Below are positions 1 through 11,944 of a stretch of 64,000 bases of DNA, in pieces. The stretch's first letter is position 1, and each line of letters starts with the position of its first letter. Source of the DNA: Burkholderiales bacterium (GTDB lineage: Bacteria > Pseudomonadota > Gammaproteobacteria > Burkholderiales > SG8-39); the NCBI GenBank assembly GCA_036381055.1, contig DASVDO010000008.1:7177-71176 (forward strand), in the 5' to 3' direction. The notes under the pieces were generated by a model. The model saw nothing but the letters and a program-made list of their open reading frames with translations, made no database searches and had not been told where the DNA came from. The position numbers and the translations under genes are program-made.

Positions 1-2011
1 ACCATCGACGCCGAGGGCAAGCAGCGCGCGGAATACCACGATTCCGAGTTCAGCGACCTGCCGATCAGGCCGGTGCTGAAGGACGGCCGCGAGCTGACCA
101 TCGAGCTGCCGTTCCCGGGCCGGCGCCTCGTGTGCAAGGTCTGGGAAGCGCGCATCGGCCACGTGCGGCTCTACCTGCTCGATACCGACCTCGCCGAGAA
201 CAGCGAGCGCGACCGCGCCATCACCTATCGCCTGTACGGCGGCGACCGCACGACGCGGCTCGAGCAGGAGCTGGTGCTCGGCGTGGGCGGCGTCAAGGCG
301 CTCGCCGCCATCGGCCTGCGGCCGACGGTGTGGCACATCAACGAGGGCCACGCGGCGTTCATGATCCTGGAGCGGCTGCGCGCCCTGGTCGCGGAGGGGC
401 AGCCCGCCGACGTGGCGCTCGAGGCGGTCGCGGCGAGCACCATCTTCACCACGCACACGCCGGTGCCGGCGGGGCACGACCAGTTCAACGACGCGACGGT
501 GCTGCCGTACCTCAAGTCGTGCTTCCCGGACATCGAGACGATGTCGCTCGCGCGCCCGCCCTCGGGCGGCGACTTCAACATGACGGCGCTGGCGATCCGC
601 GGCTCGCGCTACCAGAACGGCGTGTCGCGCATCCACGGCCGCGTCTCGCAGACCATGCTCAAGGACTACTGGCCGGGCGTCTCGCCGGAGGAGAACCCGG
701 TCGGCTACATCACCAACGGCGTGCACGTCACCACTTTCCTCGCGCCGGAATGGAGCGAGGTGCTGGACCGCTTTCTCGGCGTCGGCTGGATGCACCGCCT
801 GGGCTATCCCGGCATCTGGGAGAAGATCCGCGATATCCCGGACCACATCTTCTGGAGCGTGCGCCAGGACATCAAGGCGCGCCTGCTGCACATGATCCGG
901 CACCGCGTGACGCTGCACCAGACGCGCAACCACGCCAGCGAGTCGCACATCGAGCGGCTGCTGCGCTACTGCGACCCGGCGAAGCCGAACGTGCTGACCA
1001 TCGGCTTCGGCCGCCGCTTCGCCACCTACAAGCGCGCCACGCTGCTGTTCAACGACCTCGACCAGTTCCGCCGCATCATCGGCGACAAGGACCGGCCGGT
1101 GGTGTTCCTGTTCGCCGGCAAGGCGCACCCGGCCGACGAGCCCGGCCAGGAGCTGATCCGCCAGCTGGTGCACATGTCCGGGCAGGAGGAATTCCAGGGG
1201 CGGCTGCTGTTCCTCGAGGGCTACGACCTGCACATCGCGCGGCGCCTGGTCTCCGGGGTCGACGTGTGGCTGAACAACCCGGTGCATCCGCTGGAAGCGT
1301 CGGGCACCTCGGGCATGAAGGCCGGGATGAACGGCGTGATCAACCTGTCGATTCTCGACGGCTGGTGGGACGAGGGCTACGACGGCGAGAACGGCTGGGC
1401 GATCAAGCCGGCGAGCCCGCACCTCGACCAGCACCGCCGCGACCGCGAGGAGGCGCGCACCCTCTACGAGCTGCTGATCGACCGCGTCATCCCGCTCTAC
1501 TACAAGCGCAGCGAAGGCGGCTACTCGGCGCAGTGGATCCACATGGCGAAGCGCTCGATGGCGTCGCTGCTGCCCAAGTACGACGCCTCGCGCATGCTCG
1601 GCGAGTACGTCTCCAAGTATTACCTGCCGGCGTCGCGCCAGGGACGCCGCTACGCCGCCGAAGGCTATGCCGGCGCGCGCAGCATCGCGCAGTGGAAGGC
1701 GCGCGTGCGCGCCGCCTGGCCCGGCGTCTCGGCGCGGCGGCTCGACACGCCGCGCACGCGCATCGAGTTCGGCGAGACCATCCCGGTGGAGGTCGCCGTG
1801 GCGCTGAACGGCCTGGAGCCCTCCGACGTGACGGTGGAGCTGCTGCTCTCGCGCGAGGGGCGCGATCCCCAGGCGGTGCAGCACGTGCACACGCTCGTGC
1901 CGGCCGGCCCCCTGCCCGAGGGCCGCGAGCACCGCTACCGGCTGGAGCTCAAGCCCGGCCTATCCGGGCGGCTGGACTACCGCATCCGCATCTATCCGAA
2001 GCACGAGCTGC

Positions 2012-4051
<2,040 letters not shown>

Positions 4052-4067
4052 GCCGGCCGAGCTTACT

Positions 4068-4709
4068 TCAAGAGGCTCTCGCCGACAGCGTCGCCTCGCG
4101 CAGCCGATGCACGCCCCGCAGCACCGCCTCCAGCCGCGCGCGCTCGGCCATGACCTTGCGCGCGTACTGGGCGGTGGGATCGAAGAACGCGCCGTTGTAG
4201 AACTGCAGCCCCGCCTCGAGGTTGCCGGTGCGGCGCACGTATTCCTTGAGGATGATCGCGCCGAGGAGGATGTTCGCCTCCGGGTCGAACAGCGCCTCGT
4301 CGCCGCCCAGCCGCGCCAGCTTGTCGCGGTGCCACTTGGGGATGATCTGCATCAGGCCCTTCGCCCCCATGACGCTCTCGGCGAGCGGGTTGAAGCTCGA
4401 CTCGACGGCCGCCACGGCAAGCAGCAGCAGCGGATCGAGGCCGACCTCCTCGGCGGCGGCGTACGCGGCCTGCACCACCTGCTCGCTGGCGGCGAGCGCC
4501 ACGACGTAGCGCCGCGCCAGGTAGCGGGCGAGCCGGCGCTCGGGGCCGGTGAGCGGTGGCGCCGCGGCCTCGATGTGCGCCGGCCGGCATGCGGCGAGCG
4601 GCGTGCCGGCGGCATGCGGCGCGAGCGCCTCGCCGGGCGCGGCGGCGAGCAGCGTGCCGGCGAGAAGCGCCGCGGCGGCGATCGGCGGTTGTTGGTGGCT
4701 GAGGGGCAA
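4068..4709 (-). CDS. lytic transglycosylase, SLT domain, secreted
   Basis: SLT motifs AVESSFNP and GLMQI are present. A signal-like segment PPIAAAALLAGTLLAAAPGEA is visible. I prefer the TTG start at 4709 because GGAGGG lies 4 nt upstream. The ORF is open up to 4826. Confidence 0.7.
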   Translation of the reverse strand: MPLSHQQPPIAAAALLAGTLLAAAPGEALAPHAAGTPLAACRPAHIEAAAPPLTGPERRLARYLARRYVVALAASEQVVQAAYAAAEEVGLDPLLLLAVAAVESSFNPLAESVMGAKGLMQIIPKWHRDKLARLGGDEALFDPEANILLGAIILKEYVRRTGNLEAGLQFYNGAFFDPTAQYARKVMAERARLEAVLRGVHRLREATLSARAS

Positions 4710-4920
4710 GGCGCCCTCCGGTCGGGCAAGCCATGCTAGGTGCGCGCCGCCGTCGCCACTATCGCCGCCGGCCGAATCTTGTGTCGTGGTCGAACTACGC
4801 GCGCGCCGGCGGGCGCTACAGCGCAAATCAAGTCCGGCCGATAGTACGGACTGCTACGCCTTCCTATGATCCGTCCGACCCATCGTAAGCGCACCCTTTC
4901 CAGGAAAGGCACTCCCCGTC

Positions 4921-5961
4921 ATGAAGATCGTTGCCGTGGTCCTCGCCGGCGGTGAAGGCACCCGCCTGTATCCGCTCACCGCCGAGCATGCCAAGCCTGC
5001 GCTGCCCTTCGCGAGCGGCTACCGAATCGTCGACTTCGTGCTGAGCAACCTGGTTAATTCCGCGATCTCAACGATCTACGTCCTGGCGCAGTACAAGCCC
5101 GAGTCGCTGATCCGGCATATCGCGAGCGCCTGGGCGCCGCGCTTCTCGCAGGGCGAGGGGATGATCAAGGTGCTGCTGCCGCGCTCGAACACCCTCGCCG
5201 GGCAGTTCAAGGGGACGGCGGACGCGGTCTACCAGCATCTCGATTTGCTGCAGGCGCACTCGCCCGACCTCGTCGCCGTGTTCGCCGCCGACCATGTGTA
5301 CCGGATGGACGTGCGGCAGATGGCGGCCTTCCACCGCAGCCGCGACGCCGCGGTGACGGTCTCGGCGCTCGCCGTGCCGATCGACGACGCGACCTCGTTC
5401 GGCGTGCTCGCCACCTCGGCCGACGGCCGGGTGCGCGAATTCAAGGAAAAGCCGAGCCAGCCGCGCCCGATTCCCGGAAAGCCGCACCTCGCCTACGCAT
5501 CCATGGGCAACTATCTCTTCGAGCCGGCGGTGCTGGAGCGCACGCTACGCGACGCGCGCCAGCGCGGCGACCTCGACTTCGGACGCGACCTGCTGCCGCG
5601 CCTGTGCTCCGTGGAGCAGGTGTACGCCTATGATTTCTCGGAGAATCGCGTCCCCGGCGTGCAGGACTACGAGGAGCCTTCCTACTGGCGCGACGTCGGC
5701 ACGCTGTCGGCGCTCGCCGCGGCGCAGCAGGACGCGATGGGCCCGCGGCCGCGCTTCAACCTCTGGAACAGCCGCTGGCCGATCCGCGGCAACCCGGCCG
5801 AGACGGCCGACGCCGCGCGCCTCGCGGCGCGCCTGCGCGGCTGGCAGGAAGCGCACACGCCGCTGGAGCGCCTCAAGGAGATCGCCGCCCTCAGGCCGGC
5901 TGCCATCTTGCGAGCCGGGAATAAAGAGCGGCGTACTGACGAGCGGGCGCAGCCCAGCTGA
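4921..5961 (+). CDS. glgC: glucose-1-phosphate adenylyltransferase-like nucleotidyltransferase, short form lacking the C-terminal beta-helix domain
   Basis: N-terminus LAGGEGTRLYPLTAEHAKPALPF..YRIVDFVLSNLVNS is the GlgC signature. The protein is only 346 aa. Similarity ends after NLWNSRWPI. Confidence 0.7.
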   Translation: MKIVAVVLAGGEGTRLYPLTAEHAKPALPFASGYRIVDFVLSNLVNSAISTIYVLAQYKPESLIRHIASAWAPRFSQGEGMIKVLLPRSNTLAGQFKGTADAVYQHLDLLQAHSPDLVAVFAADHVYRMDVRQMAAFHRSRDAAVTVSALAVPIDDATSFGVLATSADGRVREFKEKPSQPRPIPGKPHLAYASMGNYLFEPAVLERTLRDARQRGDLDFGRDLLPRLCSVEQVYAYDFSENRVPGVQDYEEPSYWRDVGTLSALAAAQQDAMGPRPRFNLWNSRWPIRGNPAETADAARLAARLRGWQEAHTPLERLKEIAALRPAAILRAGNKERRTDERAQPS

Positions 5962-7297
5962 AGTCGCGCTCCATCGCGCGGCGCTGCATGTCGCGCCAGC
6001 GCCGCGCGTCGCGCCACACCTCCAGCGCGCGGCGCACCGCGGCGGCGAGCTCGGCCGCCGTGGCGCGCTGGAACAGGAACCCGGTCTCCCCGTCGCTCAC
6101 CGTATCGGCAAGCCCGCCCGTCGAGCGCGCCACGGGCAGCGTGCCGTAGCGCTGGCTGTACATCTGGTTCAGGCCGCAGGGCTCGAAGCGCGAAGGCATG
6201 AGGAAAAGATCGGCGCCCGCCTCGATGAGGTGCGCCAGCGCCTCGTCGAAGCCGACCACCAGGCCGAGCGATCCGGCATGGCGCGCCGCGGCGGCGCCCA
6301 GCGCTTCCTCGTAGCGCCGCTCCCCGGTGCCGAGGATCGCGAGCTGCGCCGGCAGCGCGAGCAGCTCGTCCGCGGCCTCGGCGACCAGATCGATGCCCTT
6401 CTGCTCGGTGAAGCGGCAGACGGTGCCGAGCAGCGGCCGCCCGGCGTCGACCGCGAGGCCGAGCCGGCGCTGCAGCGCCTCCTTGTTGGCGCTCTTGCGC
6501 TCGAGCGTCCAGCGGCCGTAGGTTTGCGCGAGGTGCGCGTCGCGCTGCGGATCCCAGGCGTCGGTGTCGATGCCGTTGGCGATGCCCGAGAGCGCGTCGC
6601 GCCGCGCGCGCAGCAGGCCGTCCAGCCCGCAGCCGAGCTCCTCGGTCTGGATCTCGCGCGCGTAGGTCGGGCTCACCGTGGTGATCGCGTCGGCGTAGGC
6701 GAGCCCGCCTTTCAGGAACGACAGCTTGCCGTAGAACTCCACGCCCTCGATCGAGAACGTGGCGACCGGCAGCGCGAGCGAGCGCAGCCACGCCGGGTCG
6801 AACACGCCTTGGAAGGCGAGGTTGTGCACCGTCATCACCGCCGCCGCGCGGCTCGTCTCGAACGAGAGGTACACTGGCGCGAGGCCGCACGGCCAGTCGT
6901 TGCAGTGCAGGACCTGCGGCCGCCACTCGAGCGGGCTCGCGCCCCCCGAGAGCAGCGCGGCGACGCGCGACAGCAGGCCGAAGCGCCGCGGGTTGTCCGG
7001 CCAGTCGGCGCCCTGCGCATCCTGGTAGGGCCCGCCATCGCGCAGGTAGAGCGCAGGACAGTCGATGAGCAGAAGCTCGCCCGCGTCGAGCAGGCGCGCC
7101 TGCTCGCCGAGCAGCTCGAGCCGCGCCGCCTCGTGCGCCTGCGGCAGCGCGCCGAGCACCGCGGGATAGCCGGGCAGCAGCACGCGCACGTCGTGGCCGA
7201 GCGCGCGCAGCGCCGCGGGCAGGGCGGCGCTCACGTCGCCGAGGCCGCCGGTCTTGGTGAGCGGCGCGCACTCCGGCGTGGCGAACAGGACGCGCAT
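5891..7297 (-). CDS. glgA: glycogen synthase GlgA (GT5)
   Basis: MRVLFATPECAPLTKTGGLGDVSAALP is the canonical GlgA N-terminus. I chose the ATG at 7297. The TTG at 7318 lies inside the T-run of an upstream terminator. Confidence 0.9.
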   Translation of the reverse strand: MRVLFATPECAPLTKTGGLGDVSAALPAALRALGHDVRVLLPGYPAVLGALPQAHEAARLELLGEQARLLDAGELLLIDCPALYLRDGGPYQDAQGADWPDNPRRFGLLSRVAALLSGGASPLEWRPQVLHCNDWPCGLAPVYLSFETSRAAAVMTVHNLAFQGVFDPAWLRSLALPVATFSIEGVEFYGKLSFLKGGLAYADAITTVSPTYAREIQTEELGCGLDGLLRARRDALSGIANGIDTDAWDPQRDAHLAQTYGRWTLERKSANKEALQRRLGLAVDAGRPLLGTVCRFTEQKGIDLVAEAADELLALPAQLAILGTGERRYEEALGAAAARHAGSLGLVVGFDEALAHLIEAGADLFLMPSRFEPCGLNQMYSQRYGTLPVARSTGGLADTVSDGETGFLFQRATAAELAAAVRRALEVWRDARRWRDMQRRAMERDFSWAAPARQYAALYSRLARWQPA

Positions 7298-7316
7298 CGG
7301 GAAAGGCGATACTGTC

Positions 7317-7344
7317 AAAAAAAGCCCCGGTAGGGGGCCGGGGC
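7317..7344 (-). terminator. rho-independent terminator downstream of the 7412-7753 gene
   Basis: On the minus strand the stem GCCCCGG / CCGGGGC (7324-7330 / 7338-7344) has a 7-nt loop and is followed by T7 (7317-7323). Confidence 0.6.
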
Positions 7345-7411
7345 CGACTGCCTACATACGCACGAAGGGAGGGAGATGCGTATGCAAGGGGGAAGGGGCG
7401 CGGGAGCCGCG

Positions 7412-7753
7412 CTAGCGCATCGCCCGCGAGGCTGCGCCCTGCGCCGGTCGCGGCACGGCGAGCGACGCCGGCACCGCGGGCGTCGGCTCGTCGGAGAGGC
7501 CGAAGTCGTCGTCCACCGGGACGTCGAGGCAGGCGGCACCCTCGATCACCTTCGCGCCGAGCGCGCGCACCAGGGCCGGCTGCTGCTTCGGCGACTCCAT
7601 CTCGACGAAGCACACGACGCGGCCGGCGCCGCGGTTGTGCACCAGGCGGAAGGCGTGCACCGCGCCGAACGGCTCGCACAGCGAGAGCAGCGCGCCGGTC
7701 AGCGCATGGAAGTCGCGCACGCCGCGCAGCTTCTCCATGACTTCGGTCTTCAT
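7412..7753 (-). CDS. hypothetical protein
   Basis: ORF with a plausible globular composition (MKTEVMEKLRGVRDFHAL...). It is followed by a terminator. I recognised no family. Confidence 0.4.
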   Translation of the reverse strand: MKTEVMEKLRGVRDFHALTGALLSLCEPFGAVHAFRLVHNRGAGRVVCFVEMESPKQQPALVRALGAKVIEGAACLDVPVDDDFGLSDEPTPAVPASLAVPRPAQGAASRAMR

Positions 7754-7840
7754 GGCGGACCATGCTAGGTCGCCTGCCCCCTGCCCCGGTATCCTCGAAA
7801 ACCTGAACCTCTTGTCGCAGTCCAACTACAGGGTCCCGCG

Positions 7841-8116
7841 ATGGCCGAAGCCGAATTTCAGGTCGCCTGCCTGTGCGCCGAGTGGTGCCATACCTGCGTC
7901 GAGTACCGGCCGGGCTTCCTCGCGCTGGCGCAGGATTTCCCGCAGGCGCGCTTCCGCTGGATCGACATCGAGGACCAGGCGGACGAGGTGGGCGACCTGG
8001 AGGTGGAGAACTTCCCGACGATCCGCGTGACGCGCGGCGAGCAGGTCCTGTTTCACGGGACCATGGAGCCGTTTCCCGCGCACCTCAAACGGCTCCTCGC
8101 GTCCTTCATGAAGTGA
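7841..8116 (+). CDS. thioredoxin-fold protein
   Basis: A CxxC-type motif WCHTC lies near the N-terminus. FPT(I) follows at the cis-Pro position typical of the thioredoxin fold. Confidence 0.7.
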   Translation: MAEAEFQVACLCAEWCHTCVEYRPGFLALAQDFPQARFRWIDIEDQADEVGDLEVENFPTIRVTRGEQVLFHGTMEPFPAHLKRLLASFMK

Positions 8117-8804
8117 ACAGCGTGGCGATGGTGCCCTGGATCGCCTGCGCCGCGGCGCGCGGGTCGGCGGCCTGCCGGATCGGCCGCCCGACGACGATGT
8201 AGTCGGCGCCGTTGGCGAAGGCCTGCGCGACGTCCACGGTCCGTTTCTGGTCGTCGGCGGAGCGGTTGTCGACCGGGCGGATGCCCGGGGTGACGACCAG
8301 CAGCCGGTCGCGGAACTCGCGCTTGAGCCGCGGCGCCTCGAGCCCCGACGAGACGACCCCGTCGCAGCCCGCTTCCATGGCGCGCCGCGCGCGCGACAGC
8401 ACCAGGCGCTCGACGTCGCAGGAGAAGCCCAGGTCGTCGAGGTCGCCGCGGTCGAGGCTGGTGAGCACGGTGACGGCGAGTATCTTCAGCTCGCCTTTCT
8501 CGCGCGCCGCCGCCTCCATCACCGCCTGGTTGCCGTGCACCGTGGCGAAGGCGATGCCGCGCCCGCGCAGGTTGGCCACCGCGCGCGCCACCGTCTCCGG
8601 GATGTCGAACAGCTTCACGTCGGCGAACACGCGGTTGCCGCGCGCCACCAGCCAGTCGACGAGGTCGAAGTAGGCGCCCGACATGGCGAGCTCGAGGCCC
8701 ACCTTGTAGAAGCACGCCGCGTCGCCGATCCGCTCGACCAGCGCGCGCGCCTCGCCGGCGCTCGGCACGTCGAGGGCGACGATCAGGCGCTCGCTCGGCT
8801 TCAT
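8106..8804 (-). CDS. pyrF: orotidine 5'-phosphate decarboxylase
   Basis: LIVALDV, FYKVGLEL, FADVKLFDIPETV and VVGRPI motifs are present. The start was trimmed from the composite ORF 8106-9995. Confidence 0.9.
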   Translation of the reverse strand: MKPSERLIVALDVPSAGEARALVERIGDAACFYKVGLELAMSGAYFDLVDWLVARGNRVFADVKLFDIPETVARAVANLRGRGIAFATVHGNQAVMEAAAREKGELKILAVTVLTSLDRGDLDDLGFSCDVERLVLSRARRAMEAGCDGVVSSGLEAPRLKREFRDRLLVVTPGIRPVDNRSADDQKRTVDVAQAFANGADYIVVGRPIRQAADPRAAAQAIQGTIATLFTS

Positions 8805-9964
8805 GCGCTCTCCTTCGCCACGTAATCGCGCAACGATAACCCGAGATCGGGATGCGCGCCGAGCGCCTCGGCGTCGAACACGTAGGCGCGGTACACGTCG
8901 CCGACGCCGATCGCCGACGCGTCGCGCGCCAGCACCCAGCCGTCGCCGCCCTCGGTGCGCGCCGCCCAGCCGCGCGCCGCGGCGCGCTCGAGGATCGCCT
9001 CGCAGCGATCGGGCAGCATGCGCAGCTCGCGCGCCAGCGGGTTGAGCCGCAGCACCCGGCCCTCGGCGTGGGCGCGCGCCAGCGCGCCGAGCACGCCCAG
9101 CGCGTCGGCCAGCGCCGCGCCCGGCACGCGGTGGCGCTCCGGCCTGGCGTAGTAGGCGGGCAGCATCGCGGTGAAGATCGCCCCGGTCAGCACCACCAGC
9201 CAGGAGACGTACAGCCACACCAGGAAGATCGGCACGGTGGCGAACGCGCCGTAGATCAGCTTGTAGGTCGGCACGCGCGCGAGATACAGCGCGAAGGCGC
9301 GCTTCGCGATCTCGAAGCCGAGCGCCGCGAGGATCGCGCCGGCGAGCGCATGGCGCCACTCGACCCGCCGCCCGGGCACCACGCCGTAGAGCAGCACCAG
9401 CGCGCCGCAGGTGAAGACGAAGGGCAGCACGCCGAGCGCCGCGTCGGCCAGGATGTCGAGCGACAGCGCGCCGAGCGACTGGCGCACCGCCAGGTAGGTG
9501 GCCGACAGGCTCGCGCCGACCAGCAGCGGGCCGAGCGTGATCACCGCCCAGTAGACGAAGATGTTCTGCAGCAGCGGGCGCTGCCGCTGCACGCGGAAGA
9601 TGCGGTTGAGCGCGTTGTCGATGGTGAGCATCAGCATCACCGAGGTGACCGCGAAGCCGGCCACGCCCACCGCGGTCAGCTGGCCGACGTTCCGGGTGAA
9701 GGCGTCGATCTGGTCCATCACGGCGTTCACCGCCGGCGTGTTGGGCAGCAGGTTCTCGGTGATGAAATTTCGCAGCGAGGCGATCCACTCGTCGAACGCA
9801 GGGAAGGCGGTGGCGGCGGCGAGCGCCACCGCGAACAGCGGCACCAGCGCGAGCAGCGTGGTGTAGGTCAGGCTGCCCGCCGTCTGCGTCGCGCGCTCCT
9901 CGCGGAAGCGGGTCACCAGCGCGACGACGAACTCCCAGGCGGCGCGCAGGCAGGGGCGGTCCAT
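8801..9964 (-). CDS. YihY/BrkB family inner-membrane protein
   Basis: N-terminus reads AGSLTYTTLLALVPLFAV and the protein is polytopic. Its stop overlaps the pyrF start by 4 nt (ATGA). Confidence 0.85.
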   Translation of the reverse strand: MDRPCLRAAWEFVVALVTRFREERATQTAGSLTYTTLLALVPLFAVALAAATAFPAFDEWIASLRNFITENLLPNTPAVNAVMDQIDAFTRNVGQLTAVGVAGFAVTSVMLMLTIDNALNRIFRVQRQRPLLQNIFVYWAVITLGPLLVGASLSATYLAVRQSLGALSLDILADAALGVLPFVFTCGALVLLYGVVPGRRVEWRHALAGAILAALGFEIAKRAFALYLARVPTYKLIYGAFATVPIFLVWLYVSWLVVLTGAIFTAMLPAYYARPERHRVPGAALADALGVLGALARAHAEGRVLRLNPLARELRMLPDRCEAILERAAARGWAARTEGGDGWVLARDASAIGVGDVYRAYVFDAEALGAHPDLGLSLRDYVAKESA

Positions 9965-10027
9965 CGGATGCGCTTATCATACCGGCGCGAGGCACGCCCT
10001 CCGTGCGGCGGCCCGGGGAGGAGACCG

Positions 10028-10645
10028 ATGAAGCGCGCAGGCGGAGCCGATATCGCCCGGTTCGTCATCCCGGCGGCGATCGGCGTCTGGCTGGTCGGCA
10101 TCGTCATCTCGCGCGAGGGCGTGCCGGGCTGGGTCAGGGTCGCGGCCGGCGTCGCTACCGCCGCGTTCATCCTCGCGCTCCTCGGGTTCCTGCTGGTCAG
10201 GCAGAGCGGCTGGCGCGAGCTGGCGCGCCGCTACCCGGGCGACCGGCTGCGCGCCGCGTCGTGGCGCAGCTGCCGCACCGCGATCCTGTCGCGCGTTGGC
10301 CGCGCGCACCCGGCGTTCCGCCGCAGCCGGCTGGTGCTGCGCTTCCTCGTGCGTGTCGACGCCGACGAGCGCGCGCTGCACCTTTCGCTGCCCTGGCCGG
10401 TCGCTCTCGTGCTGCCGCCGATCAGCATCCCCTGGTCGCAGGTGGCCGCCATCGAGCGCTTCGAGCCGCCGGGCTGGATGCCGCCGCAGGGCGAGGCCGG
10501 CACGGTGGCGAATGTGCTGTACGACCCGGGATACCGGGGCGGCTTCTTCGAGATCGAGGTCGCAGAGCCGACGTGGTTCCTGCAGCTTCCCGCGCACCTG
10601 GTCGGCCGCCTCGCGGCCGTTGACGCGCTGGCGGGCCGCGGCTAG
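10028..10645 (+). CDS. hypothetical membrane protein
   Basis: Two N-terminal hydrophobic helices are visible (FVIPAAIGVWLVGIVI, AAGVATAAFILALLGFLLV). No family recognised. Confidence 0.5.
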   Translation: MKRAGGADIARFVIPAAIGVWLVGIVISREGVPGWVRVAAGVATAAFILALLGFLLVRQSGWRELARRYPGDRLRAASWRSCRTAILSRVGRAHPAFRRSRLVLRFLVRVDADERALHLSLPWPVALVLPPISIPWSQVAAIERFEPPGWMPPQGEAGTVANVLYDPGYRGGFFEIEVAEPTWFLQLPAHLVGRLAAVDALAGRG

Positions 10646-10663
10646 CGTTTGCGCGGGGGAAAA

Positions 10664-11944
10664 ATGCACTCGAGAGTTTGGCTAGTCGCGGCGGGCCTGG
10701 CGGGCTGGCTCGCCGCCGCGCCGGCTGCCGGCCAGGGAGCGCTCTGCTGCAACCTGCTGGTCGACGTCGGCGGCGACTGGAAGGGCGCGCTGCGCAGCTG
10801 CGAAGTCGCCCTGCAGAAGGCCGATCCGCAGGCGCTCGCCAAGGCCTGCACGCTGCTCGAGGATTGCCCCGAGGCGCAGGCGGGCTGCTTCGGCTGCGAT
10901 CAGGAGCGGATTGCCCGCCTCAAGGGCCGGATCCGCGGGCTCGGCGAGGCCGGGAAAGCGCACCACAAGAGCCTCAACGCGGCGCGCGAGAAGCGCATCG
11001 CCGCGCGCGATGTCCTGTGGGGCAAGGGCCAGGGCCTGTACTTCGAGGGCGGCGCCATCGCCGATTTCGGCAAGGCGACGCTCGGCGTGCTCGCCATCGG
11101 TAACAAGCCGCTGGGCAACGTGCTCAACCAATTCGACGAGATGGCGGGCTGGGCGCAGACCGCCTGGAACGTCGGCGCGAAGCCCGACGAGGTGAATAGC
11201 TGGGTGAAGGCGGGCGAGAAGCTGCTCGGCGAGGAAGCCGACGACATTCTCAAGCGGCGCACCCACGAAGCCTGGGTGGCCGCGCGCGCGCGCTACTGGA
11301 AGACCGGCAACTACGTGTCCGGCGCCAACGTCTACAAGCAGAAGATCGGCAACTACGGCGGCCTGAAGCAATTCAAGAAAGGCGGCCTGCGCTTCGCCGA
11401 CGCGCTGAAGAGCCTGGCCGAGATGTGGGAGAAGACCGACGCGCTGGCCGACGGCTTGCAGGACTGGATCGACGCCTACCGCGACCACAAGGCGGCGGAT
11501 AAGGACATCGCCAAGGTCGAGGCGGAGATCGACCGCCTGACGAAGCTGAAGCAGGCGCTCGAAGCCGCGTGCGGCACCGCGCCGCAGTCGCGCCTGCGCC
11601 TCCCCGCGGCGCGCCTTCACCTCGTCGCGACCGCGCCGGAATCCGAAGAAAAGCGCGAAGCAAAGCGCCTGCAGCTCGCGCAATCCGCGCTGCTGCGCGT
11701 GAAAGCGGTGCACCGCGTGTTCGAGCGCCTCGACCGCAACGTCGGGAAGCAGATCATCGCGCCGCTCAGCCCGTGGCTCGCCGGCGTGTCGCACGAGCTC
11801 GAGCCGCGCGCCATGCTGGTCGAGCTGGTGAAGGGCTCGCGCGCCGACTTCAACAGCTTCCGCAGCGCGCTGGGTCACCTGGAGGCCGAGGTGACGCAGG
11901 CGTACCAGAGCGTGCAGGCCCTGCCGCGCGATCCGATCCGCTGA
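10664..11944 (+). CDS. secreted hypothetical protein with a Cys-rich N-terminus and coiled-coil C-terminal half
   Basis: The ATG is preceded by GGGGGA. Signal peptide reads MHSRVWLVAAGLAGWLAAAPAAG. There are eight Cys in the first ~65 mature residues. The composition is unusually Lys-rich for this genome. Confidence 0.6.
   Translation: MHSRVWLVAAGLAGWLAAAPAAGQGALCCNLLVDVGGDWKGALRSCEVALQKADPQALAKACTLLEDCPEAQAGCFGCDQERIARLKGRIRGLGEAGKAHHKSLNAAREKRIAARDVLWGKGQGLYFEGGAIADFGKATLGVLAIGNKPLGNVLNQFDEMAGWAQTAWNVGAKPDEVNSWVKAGEKLLGEEADDILKRRTHEAWVAARARYWKTGNYVSGANVYKQKIGNYGGLKQFKKGGLRFADALKSLAEMWEKTDALADGLQDWIDAYRDHKAADKDIAKVEAEIDRLTKLKQALEAACGTAPQSRLRLPAARLHLVATAPESEEKREAKRLQLAQSALLRVKAVHRVFERLDRNVGKQIIAPLSPWLAGVSHELEPRAMLVELVKGSRADFNSFRSALGHLEAEVTQAYQSVQALPRDPIR

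Noticed and set aside
7316-7318. The TTG start at 7318 for glgA, which is the start of the listed 475-aa ORF.
   Set aside because: The codon lies within the T-run of the terminator of the upstream gene. The canonical GlgA N-terminus MRVLF begins at the ATG at 7297.
8106-9995. Composite ORFs that run through two genes. The others are 14170-15504, 22081-24696, 29600-31309, 37479-38813, 38171-39091, 38850-41825, 48132-50864, 49055-52936, 50908-53847, 52974-54932 and 54071-55822.
   Set aside because: The N-terminal parts are Arg/Pro-rich read-through into the neighbouring gene's alternate frame. Each was trimmed to an internal ATG or GTG that begins the recognisable domain and usually forms an ATGA/GTGA overlap with the upstream stop.
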